Positions 18,680 to 27,253 of a DNA stretch of 64,000 nt are shown here, one piece after another (the first letter of the stretch is position 1; each line of letters begins with the position of its first letter). Source of the stretch: Euryarchaeota archaeon SCGC AAA252-I15 (GTDB taxonomy: Archaea > Altiarchaeota > Altiarchaeia > IMC4 > SCGC-AAA252-I15); NCBI GenBank assembly GCA_000402775.1, contig AQSC01000060.1, positions 31,780 through 95,779 of the forward strand. Reading direction: 5' to 3'. A program made the position numbers and the translations under genes. Under the pieces are notes generated by a model. It was not told where the DNA came from, searched no databases, and saw nothing but the letters and a program-made list of their open reading frames with translations.

Positions 18680-19716
18680 TCGAGGTTGACGGAGCCTTGG
18701 GGGAAGGAGGCGGCGCCGTGCTTCGGGTTTCCGTGGGACTTGCGCAAGCTTTGGGGGTGCCGGTTAAGGTGTTCAACATAAGGTCTAACCGGCCGAACCC
18801 GGGTCTTCGCCCCCAGCATCTAAGCGGACTTAAAGCTTGCGCGAAACTTACTGGGGGGAAGGTTTCCGGTGCCTGTGAAGGCTCAAGCGAAATCGAATAT
18901 TCGCCTGGAGGAAAGCTTGAAAAAAGGATTACTGTTTCAGTCGGCACCGCCGGCTCGGCAACACTCGTCCTGCAGACCCTAATGATTCCGCTCGCATTCT
19001 GCCGTAAGAAGAGCGTCGTCGAGGTTTCGGGCGGGACCGATGTTAAGTGGAGCCCGCCAGCGGATTACCTGAAGAATGTTGCGATTCCGGTTCTTGCCAA
19101 GTTCGGTCTTTCAGCCAGGCTTTCAATAGAGAGGAGGGGTTATTATCCCAAGGGGGGTGGGAGACTTAAACTCACATCGGAACCCACAGGCAAGTTGAGG
19201 CCCGTTGAGCTTGGATTTCGGGGGAAAGTCCTTCGTGTTTGCGGGGTCTCCCACACCCACAATAGTCTTTCTAAAGCCCGAGTATTCGAGCGTTGCGCAA
19301 AGGCCGCCCGAAAGACCCTTTCCAACGCGCTCATTAAAGAAGGCCTCCACGACGTTTATTTGGGAATTGAATCAGAGTACTGTGACACACCCTCTCCCGG
19401 CGCGGGAATAACCCTTTGGGCGGAATGCGAAAACAGCGTCTTAGGTGCCGACTGCCTGGGCGATAAAGGAGTCCGCGCAGAGGATGTTGGCGTAAAGGCA
19501 GCGCAAGCACTCGTTAGGGAGATCTCCCATAAACGCCCTCTCGACACGTACATGACCGACCAGATAATACCGTACCTCGCCCTCTTAGGCGGGAAGATTA
19601 AAGTCCGAAATCTTTCAAAACACGCCGAAACCAATATTCAGGTCGCCGAGAAATTCGGCGCCAAGATAAAAGTCGGCGAAGACGAAATAGCGGCAGACCC
19701 GCTTTTCCCGTCTTAA
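18676..19716 (+). CDS. rtcA: RNA 3'-terminal phosphate cyclase
   Basis: 346 aa. N-terminal GALGEGGGAVLRVSVGLA (RtcA GEGGGQ-type motif) and TDQIIPYLAL near the C-terminus. ATGA overlap with the HDAC gene. Confidence 0.85.
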   Translation: MIEVDGALGEGGGAVLRVSVGLAQALGVPVKVFNIRSNRPNPGLRPQHLSGLKACAKLTGGKVSGACEGSSEIEYSPGGKLEKRITVSVGTAGSATLVLQTLMIPLAFCRKKSVVEVSGGTDVKWSPPADYLKNVAIPVLAKFGLSARLSIERRGYYPKGGGRLKLTSEPTGKLRPVELGFRGKVLRVCGVSHTHNSLSKARVFERCAKAARKTLSNALIKEGLHDVYLGIESEYCDTPSPGAGITLWAECENSVLGADCLGDKGVRAEDVGVKAAQALVREISHKRPLDTYMTDQIIPYLALLGGKIKVRNLSKHAETNIQVAEKFGAKIKVGEDEIAADPLFPS

Positions 19717-19717
19717 G

Positions 19718-19728
19718 TTTTTTTTTTT
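19718..19728 (+). terminator. Poly-T tract (T11) immediately after the rtcA stop
   Basis: taa at 19714-19716 is followed by g and then 11 consecutive T. Oligo-T tracts are the usual archaeal intrinsic termination signal. Confidence 0.5.
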
Positions 19729-19754
19729 ATTCGGCGAATCCATTTAAATATCTT

Positions 19755-20414
19755 ATGATTTTTGACATCCACGTTCACACAAACGTGGTTGACGGGAAGA
19801 ACACTCCAAGGGAAGTCGTCGAGCAGACTAGAAAAATCGGCTTGGACGGTATTGCTATTGTAGACCACAATGAAGTGTGCGGGAACGTCGCAGCCCAAAG
19901 ATTAGCGGGTAAAGGTTTCACTGTAGTTCCGGGGATAGAGTTTTCCACAACCAGAGGGCATATCATCTGCCTCGGTTCCGTGGACGTACCGGAAAAATAC
20001 TTGGGAGTCACCTACAGGAGGGAGAAGTACGCGGCTCCTGAAGAAATTCTCGACTTGATAAAAGACATTGGCGGAATCGCAATCGCCGCACACCCTTATG
20101 ATAAGATACGCAAGGGTGTGGGAGACGTGGTATACGACCTGTCTTTTGACGCAATTGAAGTGAAAAACGGCCACACGCTATTGAATACGAAAAATCCATT
20201 GCAAGTCGCCGACGAACTTGGCTTGCCCAAGGTCGGGGGCTCAGACGCCCACAACATAAACGAGATCGGAAACATTTGCATTGAATTCGAGGGAGAAGAC
20301 GTAATTGACGCCATACGGAAAAACAGTGTGAAAATCGTTTCTAAGAGCCGGCTTACGATTCTGGCCTCCTTTATGAGAAGCGGGATACTCAAAGCCTACT
20401 TCGGATTCGAGTAG
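19755..20414 (+). CDS. PHP-domain metal-dependent phosphoesterase
   Basis: 219 aa. Motifs IFDIHVHT, IAIVDHN, GIEFST and AAHPY are typical of the PHP fold. Confidence 0.75.
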   Translation: MIFDIHVHTNVVDGKNTPREVVEQTRKIGLDGIAIVDHNEVCGNVAAQRLAGKGFTVVPGIEFSTTRGHIICLGSVDVPEKYLGVTYRREKYAAPEEILDLIKDIGGIAIAAHPYDKIRKGVGDVVYDLSFDAIEVKNGHTLLNTKNPLQVADELGLPKVGGSDAHNINEIGNICIEFEGEDVIDAIRKNSVKIVSKSRLTILASFMRSGILKAYFGFE

Positions 20415-20423
20415 TATTATCTC

Positions 20424-20439
20424 TTTTTTATTCTTTTTT
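20424..20439 (+). terminator. Two T6 tracts after the PHP gene stop
   Basis: ttttttattcttttttg directly downstream of tag 20412-20414. Confidence 0.35.
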
Positions 20440-20460
20440 GTGAAATCCTTAAAATTAACG

Positions 20461-21876
20461 ATGATCGTAAACCAGTTTTCAGAAGAGTTCGACGTAGTCG
20501 AATTGGAGCCGCTCGCAGTGTACGAAGAGTTTATGGGGGAGGGAACGTACATCCTTGAGTCTGCGGAAGGGGGGGAGAAGGTTGCCAGATACTCTATCTT
20601 GGGTTTGAATCCGGCATTAAGGTTTAAGATAAAGGACGGGAAAGCTGATGTTTCACGCAATAATTCTTTCCTTGAAGAAATCAGGGTGCCTGACTCAGAC
20701 CCTTTGACGGTGGTAAGGGAGATTCTAGGTCAAGTACAGCTTACGGAAGGTCTAAAATCAAGGTTTGCGGGAGGGCTTGTAGGCTACATTTCATACGACT
20801 TTATAAGGTATCTCATAGACCTGGACTCAAACAGGAAAGACGTTTTAAAGCAACCTGACTGCGAGTTCGTGCTCGCCAGAAACAATATTGTATTCGACCA
20901 CGTTGCGAGAAAAATACACCTGATATCAAACGTCTTCGGGAAAGAAGACGAGCAGGACGCAAAAAGCGACCTTGAAAAACTCAAAGAAAAGTTCCTGGAC
21001 CTCCCGTTAAACATGCCTTCAGTGTCTGCGAAAAACTATTCTGAAAGAGAGATAGACTTTTCTTCGAACATGAACCAGCATGAATACGAGGAGTCAGTGC
21101 GCGCGGGAGTTGAATACATTAAGGCTGGCGACATTTTCCAGGTTGTGTTAAGCCAGAGGCTTTCCTGCGACTACAAGAAAAACCCGATTCCAGTGTATGA
21201 GGCGCTAAAAAAGATTAATCCGTCGTCATACATGTACTACCTAGATTTTGGTGAACGGCAGATTGTGGGATCCTCCCCGGAAATGCTAGTTCGAGTGGAA
21301 GGAAGACAAGTCTTAACATACCCTATTGCAGGCACCCGCTCCCGGGGGAAAACGATTCGGGAGGATGATTCCCTGGCAAAAGAGATGACAGCCGACGAGA
21401 AAGAGCGTGCAGAGCACGTCATGCTCGTAGATCTTGGTAGGAATGATTTAGGCAGGGTTTCGGATTTTGGATCTGTCAGGGTTAACAAGTTCATGGATGT
21501 TGAGAAGTATAGTCACGTCCAGCATATGGTAAGCGAGGTCGAAGGCATTCTTAAGAAAGATTGTGATGCCATTGACGCATTGAAATCAGTCTTCCCGGCG
21601 GGGACTGTTTCCGGTGCTCCTAAAGTGCGCGCCATGGAGATTATTGACGAGCTTGAACCAGACAGACGAGGAATCTATGCAGGGTGTGTGGGATACGCAT
21701 CCTTCAACGGGAACATGGATACTGCGATAACGATTAGGACTCTGGTTTTCGAGGGGGGTAAAGCGTACGCTCAAGCAGGTGCGGGGATAGTGGCAGACAG
21801 CATCCCGAAAAACGAGTTCAAGGAGACTCTGAAAAAAGCCAAGGCAACCCTCAAAGCAGTCAGCGTCACGATATAG
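20461..21876 (+). CDS. trpE: Chorismate-utilising enzyme, anthranilate synthase component I family (TrpE/PabB)
   Basis: C-terminal chorismate-binding signature (GTVSGAPKVRAMEIIDELE, RGIYAGCVGY, AGAGIVADS). ATG 20461 is preferred because the track GTG 20440 abuts the poly-T tracts. No trpG or trpD is adjacent. Confidence 0.8.
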   Translation: MIVNQFSEEFDVVELEPLAVYEEFMGEGTYILESAEGGEKVARYSILGLNPALRFKIKDGKADVSRNNSFLEEIRVPDSDPLTVVREILGQVQLTEGLKSRFAGGLVGYISYDFIRYLIDLDSNRKDVLKQPDCEFVLARNNIVFDHVARKIHLISNVFGKEDEQDAKSDLEKLKEKFLDLPLNMPSVSAKNYSEREIDFSSNMNQHEYEESVRAGVEYIKAGDIFQVVLSQRLSCDYKKNPIPVYEALKKINPSSYMYYLDFGERQIVGSSPEMLVRVEGRQVLTYPIAGTRSRGKTIREDDSLAKEMTADEKERAEHVMLVDLGRNDLGRVSDFGSVRVNKFMDVEKYSHVQHMVSEVEGILKKDCDAIDALKSVFPAGTVSGAPKVRAMEIIDELEPDRRGIYAGCVGYASFNGNMDTAITIRTLVFEGGKAYAQAGAGIVADSIPKNEFKETLKKAKATLKAVSVTI

Positions 21877-21923
21877 GGAGAAGCAGTATTTATTAAGGGG
21901 GGCTAAATAATGTTTCTCGCGTG

Positions 21924-22160
21924 ATGAATTCCATAAAAATCATGTTAGAGTTGCCGGAGGAAAACGTTAAAGCCATCTTGGACTCGATCGAGCCTGAGAC
22001 GAAAAGCGAGCTTATGCGAAGATCAAAAGTCTTGCTTGAAGGCGATGATGGGAAACTGACTTTAAACATTAAGGCAGACGACCTCTCCTCGCTGAGGGCT
22101 TGCCTTAACACTTACATGAGGTGGACTATCATGGTCTATGAATTATTAGAGGTGAATTAA
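21924..22160 (+). CDS. pcc1: KEOPS complex subunit Pcc1
   Basis: 78 aa. LELPEENVKAILDSIEPE ... LTLNIKADDLSSLRACLNTYMRWT matches the archaeal Pcc1 pattern. It lies directly upstream of prefoldin beta, as in many archaea. Confidence 0.7.
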   Translation: MNSIKIMLELPEENVKAILDSIEPETKSELMRRSKVLLEGDDGKLTLNIKADDLSSLRACLNTYMRWTIMVYELLEVN

Positions 22161-22162
22161 GG

Positions 22163-22525
22163 ATGGACATACCAAAACAATTACAGGACAAGTTGGCGCA
22201 ATTTCAAAACGTGCAAAACCAACTGCAAATGCTGTCAATACAAAAACAACAGCTTGTAGTGCAGTCTGCGGAAGTGGAAAACGCATTGATAGAACTCGGA
22301 AAACCAGGTAAAGGAAAGATTTACAAGGCTGCTGGAAGCATTCTAATCGAAACCAGCAAGGAAGACAGCGAGAAATTCTTGGGTGAAAGCAAGGAGACTG
22401 TTGCAGCAAGAATTGGAATCTTCGAGAAACAAGAGAAAAAACTCGCCGAAAAATTCGGCGAACTAAAGACCGAGATTGAGTCAATGATTGGCCAGGGTGC
22501 AGGCAAACCTCCAAACGCAGGATAA
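22163..22525 (+). CDS. pfdB: Prefoldin subunit beta
   Basis: 120 aa coiled-coil protein. LQDKLAQFQNVQNQLQMLSIQKQQL ... central beta hairpins ... EKQEKKLAEKFGELKTEIE. Confidence 0.8.
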   Translation: MDIPKQLQDKLAQFQNVQNQLQMLSIQKQQLVVQSAEVENALIELGKPGKGKIYKAAGSILIETSKEDSEKFLGESKETVAARIGIFEKQEKKLAEKFGELKTEIESMIGQGAGKPPNAG

Positions 22526-22529
22526 GCTC

Positions 22530-23108
22530 ATGCGGTTTCTCCTGACAGTAGTTTTCCTACTACTGGCTTCCGGTTGCCTTGGCAACCCCGACAGGACTCT
22601 ATCCTACAAGGAGTTTTTTTACGCTTACGGCAGGTTTGTTGAATCCGACTACTTGATGGGCAAGTGGCGCGGGACGTGCGTTTTTCCCTTAAACGATGAG
22701 TCCAACGTCATCCTAATCGCGAAGGTGATCGAACGGGGGGAGGAAGCCGAAGTCAAGTGTTATTGGAAAAACGAGCCTGTTGGAGTAGGTGAGGGAGTTG
22801 GCGTACTACTTTCTGACGGGCAAAGCGACATAGACCCTGGCTGGTACGGCTGCGGGAAAAGCCAAGAGTTTTCCAGACTACTTAGGGATGCAGTCCACAA
22901 TCCAGGCTCAAATCTCGCCCACCTCGGATCCGGATTAGGCGGGAAAGAGAATGCAACATCATATGTGATAGTATCGAAATGCCATTTCTGGGATGAAAAC
23001 TATTGTGAGCGGATAAAGAGCAGGTTTTGCAGGCTAGATAACTCTTCAGATATTATTAGCGTCGCCTATGCCGTACTGGATGATGAATCTGGGGGAGTCT
23101 ACTGGTAA
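22530..23108 (+). CDS. Putative lipoprotein (uncharacterised)
   Basis: ATG 22530 gives MRFLLTVVFLLLASGCLGN, a signal peptide with a lipobox-like LASGC. The track start at 22488 would overlap the prefoldin gene. Confidence 0.55.
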   Translation: MRFLLTVVFLLLASGCLGNPDRTLSYKEFFYAYGRFVESDYLMGKWRGTCVFPLNDESNVILIAKVIERGEEAEVKCYWKNEPVGVGEGVGVLLSDGQSDIDPGWYGCGKSQEFSRLLRDAVHNPGSNLAHLGSGLGGKENATSYVIVSKCHFWDENYCERIKSRFCRLDNSSDIISVAYAVLDDESGGVYW

Positions 23109-23111
23109 AAC

Positions 23112-23381
23112 TCACTCCTCAAATCTTACGAGATACTGTTCGTGGCTGAAGTCTGCGACATCGATCACGGTTCGCCCGTAGTATTTTCGCATGAACTCGA
23201 TCATGTCTTCCCTGCCCAGGATGACCGCGTTTATTGGCTCTGAAGGATTGAAGCAGACCCGGTAGCTGTCCAGCTCGGTTTCTATGCGAATGATCTTTTC
23301 CTTAAATTGAGAGTTGAGGATATTCATAAGCTTGCGTTCGCTTAAGAGTATGCCCGACACGTCTTTTGCGTTTACTTTCAT
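23112..23381 (-). CDS. Hypothetical protein (89 aa)
   Basis: Intact ORF in otherwise non-coding space, divergent from the 23420 gene. No recognisable motifs. Confidence 0.45.
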   Translation of the reverse strand: MKVNAKDVSGILLSERKLMNILNSQFKEKIIRIETELDSYRVCFNPSEPINAVILGREDMIEFMRKYYGRTVIDVADFSHEQYLVRFEE

Positions 23382-23419
23382 CGTGAAGAGTATATTAACT
23401 CCATCAATATATAAAGGAG

Positions 23420-23719
23420 ATGGCGAGCAAGAAATTTAATAATCAGGGTAAAAGCCAAATCTTAAAGCATCTGGAACACCTGTTAAATTCTAGTGCGTCA
23501 TACAACCTTTTTGTCGACCCCCTCGGGATTTACCTTGAGATTAAGGAGTCTTTGGGAAAGCGGAAGAAGATGAGTGTGAAACGGGAGAAGCTTAAGTCCG
23601 AGTCAAACCATTTGTCCAAGGGCAAGCGGAAGCGGATTTCGACGAACAAGCGGACTCGCCCGAAGATTCGGACGGTGAAAAAAGGCAGGACCGTGAAGCT
23701 TAAAGGGATAGTTTATTAA
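23420..23719 (+). CDS. Hypothetical small protein with a highly basic C-terminal tail
   Basis: aaggag Shine-Dalgarno-like sequence 4 nt upstream of the ATG. C-terminal half is Lys/Arg-rich (KGKRKRISTNKRTRPKIRTVKKGRTVKLKG). Confidence 0.5.
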   Translation: MASKKFNNQGKSQILKHLEHLLNSSASYNLFVDPLGIYLEIKESLGKRKKMSVKREKLKSESNHLSKGKRKRISTNKRTRPKIRTVKKGRTVKLKGIVY

Positions 23720-23725
23720 GATAGT

Positions 23726-24007
23726 ATGGCCCAGAAAAAAAAGAGAAGGGTAAAGGAAAACCAGGTCGTTTCCGAGTTCATAGACCAGATCGATGAGGGA
23801 ATTGTCGAGTCAGGGGATAAGATAATAGTGACACGCAGGGTTGATGAAGGTTCAAAATTGAGTACAGGGGAAGTTGTTTTCTCCCACTTCGACAGCATCA
23901 TGGGTCCAACAATCTTGCATCATGACATTCCCGGCCAAGGGGAGTATGGGATAATTCCTGTGGCAGACATAAAGAAAATAAGAATCATCTATCCGAGGAA
24001 AGTGTGA
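23726..24007 (+). CDS. Hypothetical protein (93 aa)
   Basis: Starts 7 nt after the previous stop. Basic N-terminus MAQKKKRRVKE. No recognisable motifs. Confidence 0.45.
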   Translation: MAQKKKRRVKENQVVSEFIDQIDEGIVESGDKIIVTRRVDEGSKLSTGEVVFSHFDSIMGPTILHHDIPGQGEYGIIPVADIKKIRIIYPRKV

Positions 24008-24013
24008 TTTAGA

Positions 24014-24712
24014 TTACTTTAGTGGAATGTTTTCAAGTTCAACTCCCCCTGAAGTCAGATTCACTATCGGAACATCCGTTTTCCCGGCCAACTCGGTAAG
24101 AAGCTTCTTTCCAATATAGAGTTTCTTCTTTTTCCTAATTGGATCGAATGTGCCGGAGTACTCCCCGATTTCCTCTCCAAAGTCCATGCCTGCGAGGTAA
24201 ATGGTCTTAGGCTTGTAGTGCTCCGCCAGATAAATGGCCCGGTCGCCGTCGGTGAAACCCCCGAAGTTTTTGACGTTCTTTGAGGGCTCAACCTGAGTCG
24301 TCCCGAAAACTGTGCCTTCAAGCTCGGGGACAACATCCTTGAGTTTCGCGATGTTGTCGCCGTGGGCGTGGACGACTGTGACGACACCTTCACAGTTAGC
24401 CTTAATCGTGGAGGGGATGTCGCCGTCCAAGTCAGTCACGTGAAAGTTAGGTAGTATGCTCTCCCCCATAAAAAGCCGGATAGAACCATCCACTGAAATG
24501 AGCACGTCCTCATCTGCCCTACCCCCCACTACCCTAAAGAAATCCTCTTTAAGCGACGGTCCGCACCCGAAAACATAAACCTCCTTCCCACGAATACCTT
24601 CGCGAAAAAGAACATCATCCCACAAGGAAACTAAACCATCCAAAACGTCCCGGGCCCGCTCATCATCAACCCGGCTTAAACCAATCAGCCCCTGAATCTC
24701 CGCGTAATCCAT
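24014..24712 (-). CDS. mptE: 6-hydroxymethylpterin diphosphokinase MptE-like protein (DUF115)
   Basis: 232 aa. Motifs VFGCGPSL, VTDLDGD, VVHAHGDN and GFTDGDRA as I recall them for archaeal MptE/DUF115. Assignment is from memory of the family pattern. Confidence 0.55.
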   Translation of the reverse strand: MDYAEIQGLIGLSRVDDERARDVLDGLVSLWDDVLFREGIRGKEVYVFGCGPSLKEDFFRVVGGRADEDVLISVDGSIRLFMGESILPNFHVTDLDGDIPSTIKANCEGVVTVVHAHGDNIAKLKDVVPELEGTVFGTTQVEPSKNVKNFGGFTDGDRAIYLAEHYKPKTIYLAGMDFGEEIGEYSGTFDPIRKKKKLYIGKKLLTELAGKTDVPIVNLTSGGVELENIPLK

Positions 24713-24746
24713 ATTCTTTTAATCTAAAAGAGATTAGTCTACTAAA

Positions 24747-25457
24747 ATGCTTCCTTTAGGCGATGGTTTGAGCGGCCGCTACATAATGGTGGACGATGCT
24801 CTTTTAGAAAGGCTCTGCGAGTATGCGGATGTAAGGAAAGGAGACACCATCCTCGAAATCGGCGCGGGCACGGGGAATCTCACGGAAGTCTTGCTTGAAC
24901 ACGGGGCGAATGTTGTGGCCATAGAGAAGGATCCGAGATATTTTAACTACCTTGAAAAATCCTTTAAAGGAGAAGTGGGGCTCACAGTAATTCGCGGGGA
25001 TGCCGTGAAAATCGACTTGCCCGCAGCCAGCAAGGTCGTCTCAAACATCCCTTACGCAATTTCGAAAAAACTAATTCTAAAGTTGATTCGAATAGATTAT
25101 GAAAAAATTGTCATCGTCTGTCAAAGAGAGTTTGCAAAAAAGCTTAATGCAAATGCAGGAGAAAATAACTACAGATTCATCTCAGCCATCACTCAGACCG
25201 TCTGCAAGGTAAAAGTGCGCGAGGAAGTGCCACCTAGCGCATTCAACCCTAAACCCAAGGTCTGGTCGGCGGTAGTTGAGTTGACACCTAAAAGCCACTT
25301 TAACGAAAAGTATGCGAAAACTCTTCAAAAACTTTTCAACCACAAAAACAAGAATATCCGAAACATCCTGGAAGACGCCCCTAAAGCATATTCAGAGGGA
25401 AAACCGTGTGACCTATCACCCCAACAGCTTATGAATTTGATTAAAAAAGTAAATTAA
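24747..25457 (+). CDS. rsmA: 16S rRNA (adenine-N6,N6)-dimethyltransferase (KsgA/RsmA/Dim1)
   Basis: SAM motif ILEIGAGTGNLT, catalytic SNIPYAIS, and FNPKPKV. Confidence 0.8.
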   Translation: MLPLGDGLSGRYIMVDDALLERLCEYADVRKGDTILEIGAGTGNLTEVLLEHGANVVAIEKDPRYFNYLEKSFKGEVGLTVIRGDAVKIDLPAASKVVSNIPYAISKKLILKLIRIDYEKIVIVCQREFAKKLNANAGENNYRFISAITQTVCKVKVREEVPPSAFNPKPKVWSAVVELTPKSHFNEKYAKTLQKLFNHKNKNIRNILEDAPKAYSEGKPCDLSPQQLMNLIKKVN

Positions 25458-25504
25458 TTTTTAACTCATATTCCACAATAACATAGTTACGTAAGTGATT
25501 CACG

Positions 25505-26392
25505 ATGAAAAAGAAGACTGGAACGAAACTGCTTAAGGAAGGATTCGCCAAAATGGTGAAAGGCGGGGTCATCATGGACGTGACCGACGCCAAGCAAGCG
25601 AAGATTGCAGAGGAGGCGGGGGCTGTCGCCGTTATGGCCTTAGAGCGAGTGCCCGCAGACATTCGCGCAGACGGGGGTGTGGCTCGGATGAGCGATCCCG
25701 CAAAGATTCTTGAGATTATAGATACTGTAACGATTCCTGTCATGGCGAAGGCGAGGATCGGCCACTTCGTCGAAGCCCAGATTCTTGAGGCGTTGGGCGT
25801 TGACATGGTGGATGAATCCGAAGTCTTAACGCCTGCCGACGAGGCCCACCACATCGACAAGACAAAGTTTACCATACCTTTTGTTTGTGGCTGCAGGGAT
25901 TTGGGTGAAGCTCTCCGAAGGATTTCTGAAGGAGCCGCGATGATACGGACTAAGGGTGAGGCAGGGACAGGAAACATCGTTGAGGCGGTAAGGCACATGA
26001 GGGCCGTTCTGGGAGAGATTGAGAAAATCAAGTCCATGAGCGAGGACGAATTATACAAGGAGGCGAAGGACCTTCAAGCGCCTATCGACTTGGTGAGGGA
26101 AGTGAAAATATTGGGTAGGCTTCCAGTCGTTAATTTTTGTGCTGGAGGGATTGCAACTCCCGCTGACGCAGCCCTTATGATGCAGCTTGGAGCTGACGGA
26201 AACTTTGTGGGCTCGGGTATTTTCAAGAGTGAGGAGCCTGAAAAGCGGGCTAAGGCGATTGTTGAGGCGACATTGCATTTCAACGACCCTAAGCTTTTAG
26301 CCGAGATTTCCAGGGGGCTTTCAGGCCCTATGAAGGGTATTGACATTCGCGAACTTGATGAGAAACAACTCTTGCAGACTAGGGGATGGTAA
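25505..26392 (+). CDS. pdxS: Pyridoxal 5'-phosphate synthase subunit PdxS
   Basis: 295 aa and highly conserved throughout ([58 protein letters not shown]). Confidence 0.95.
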   Translation: MKKKTGTKLLKEGFAKMVKGGVIMDVTDAKQAKIAEEAGAVAVMALERVPADIRADGGVARMSDPAKILEIIDTVTIPVMAKARIGHFVEAQILEALGVDMVDESEVLTPADEAHHIDKTKFTIPFVCGCRDLGEALRRISEGAAMIRTKGEAGTGNIVEAVRHMRAVLGEIEKIKSMSEDELYKEAKDLQAPIDLVREVKILGRLPVVNFCAGGIATPADAALMMQLGADGNFVGSGIFKSEEPEKRAKAIVEATLHFNDPKLLAEISRGLSGPMKGIDIRELDEKQLLQTRGW

Positions 26393-27201
26393 TGCTTGTT
26401 AAGGAGTTTATGCGGAAGGATTTTTTAACTGTTAGTCCGGGAGAGGACGTTGTTACTGCCGGAAACCGCCTCCTTGAGAAACACACTTCTTGTGCGGTGG
26501 TTGAGGATTCTGATGGAATGCTTTTGGGGATGCTTTCTAAGGAAGGTTTTGTCTTGAGTGTGAAGTATCTTGGAGGGAATCCTTTAGCCGATTTCAAGGT
26601 TTCCGACTTTATGGAACACAACGTCGAGACAGTAAAGCCTGACGACACTATAATGGATGCCGTGGAGTCGCTCCTTGAAGTGCCGTACAGGATTGACCGG
26701 CTTCCCGTTGTGGATGAAGCCGGGAAAGTCCAAGGGATTCTGACAAAGGAGAACATAATGCATTTTTTCAGGGACGAGATTCACGGTAAATTCAAGGTTA
26801 AGGATCTTATGCGATATGACCCAACTTGCGTTTATGATTACATCCCAATTAGGGATGTTTTAATCAAATTAGACACGTCAAGCGAAAAGAGAGTCCTAGT
26901 CCTTGAAGGGAAAAAACTTGTAGGAATTATTACAATACTTGATCTCGCCATGGCTTTTTTCAAGGAGCGGTTGGAGAAAGGTGATGTCTTTGACTGGGAT
27001 ATTTACGCAGACATTAATGCCGAACACGTGATGACAAGAAATCCGATTACTGTTGGTAATAAGGCAGACGCCAATGAAGCCGTGACCATCATGTTAGACA
27101 ATAAGATAGGGGGTGTCCCAGTTTTAAACGATATATTAAACGGGGTGATTTCAAGGACTGAAATCGTTAAGGGATACAAAATATTCTGCGATCAGGGATA
27201 G
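26386..27201 (+). CDS. CBS domain-containing protein (four CBS motifs)
   Basis: Four repeats of the CBS pattern (..V.P.D....A......H..S...VVD..G.L.G..T..D..). Start overlaps the pdxS stop (ATG 26386 or 26392). Confidence 0.75.
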   Translation: MVMLVKEFMRKDFLTVSPGEDVVTAGNRLLEKHTSCAVVEDSDGMLLGMLSKEGFVLSVKYLGGNPLADFKVSDFMEHNVETVKPDDTIMDAVESLLEVPYRIDRLPVVDEAGKVQGILTKENIMHFFRDEIHGKFKVKDLMRYDPTCVYDYIPIRDVLIKLDTSSEKRVLVLEGKKLVGIITILDLAMAFFKERLEKGDVFDWDIYADINAEHVMTRNPITVGNKADANEAVTIMLDNKIGGVPVLNDILNGVISRTEIVKGYKIFCDQG

Positions 27202-27253
27202 ACTCCCCTAATCCCTTTTTATGCCCCAAAGGGGATAAATTATAATAACTGAG

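Noticed and set aside
25441-26058. 205-aa ORF on the minus strand
   Set aside because: It lies entirely antisense to pdxS, whose identity is unmistakable. The translation is Ser/Ala/Thr/Pro-rich low complexity, typical of a shadow ORF.
27204-27234. Hairpin (cccttt-N9-aaaggg, flanked by cccc/gggg) between the CBS gene and the ATPase as a terminator or riboswitch
   Set aside because: The stem is short and has alternative pairings. No T-tract follows it and no known riboswitch core is visible. It is mentioned only as part of the pdxS/pdxT finding.
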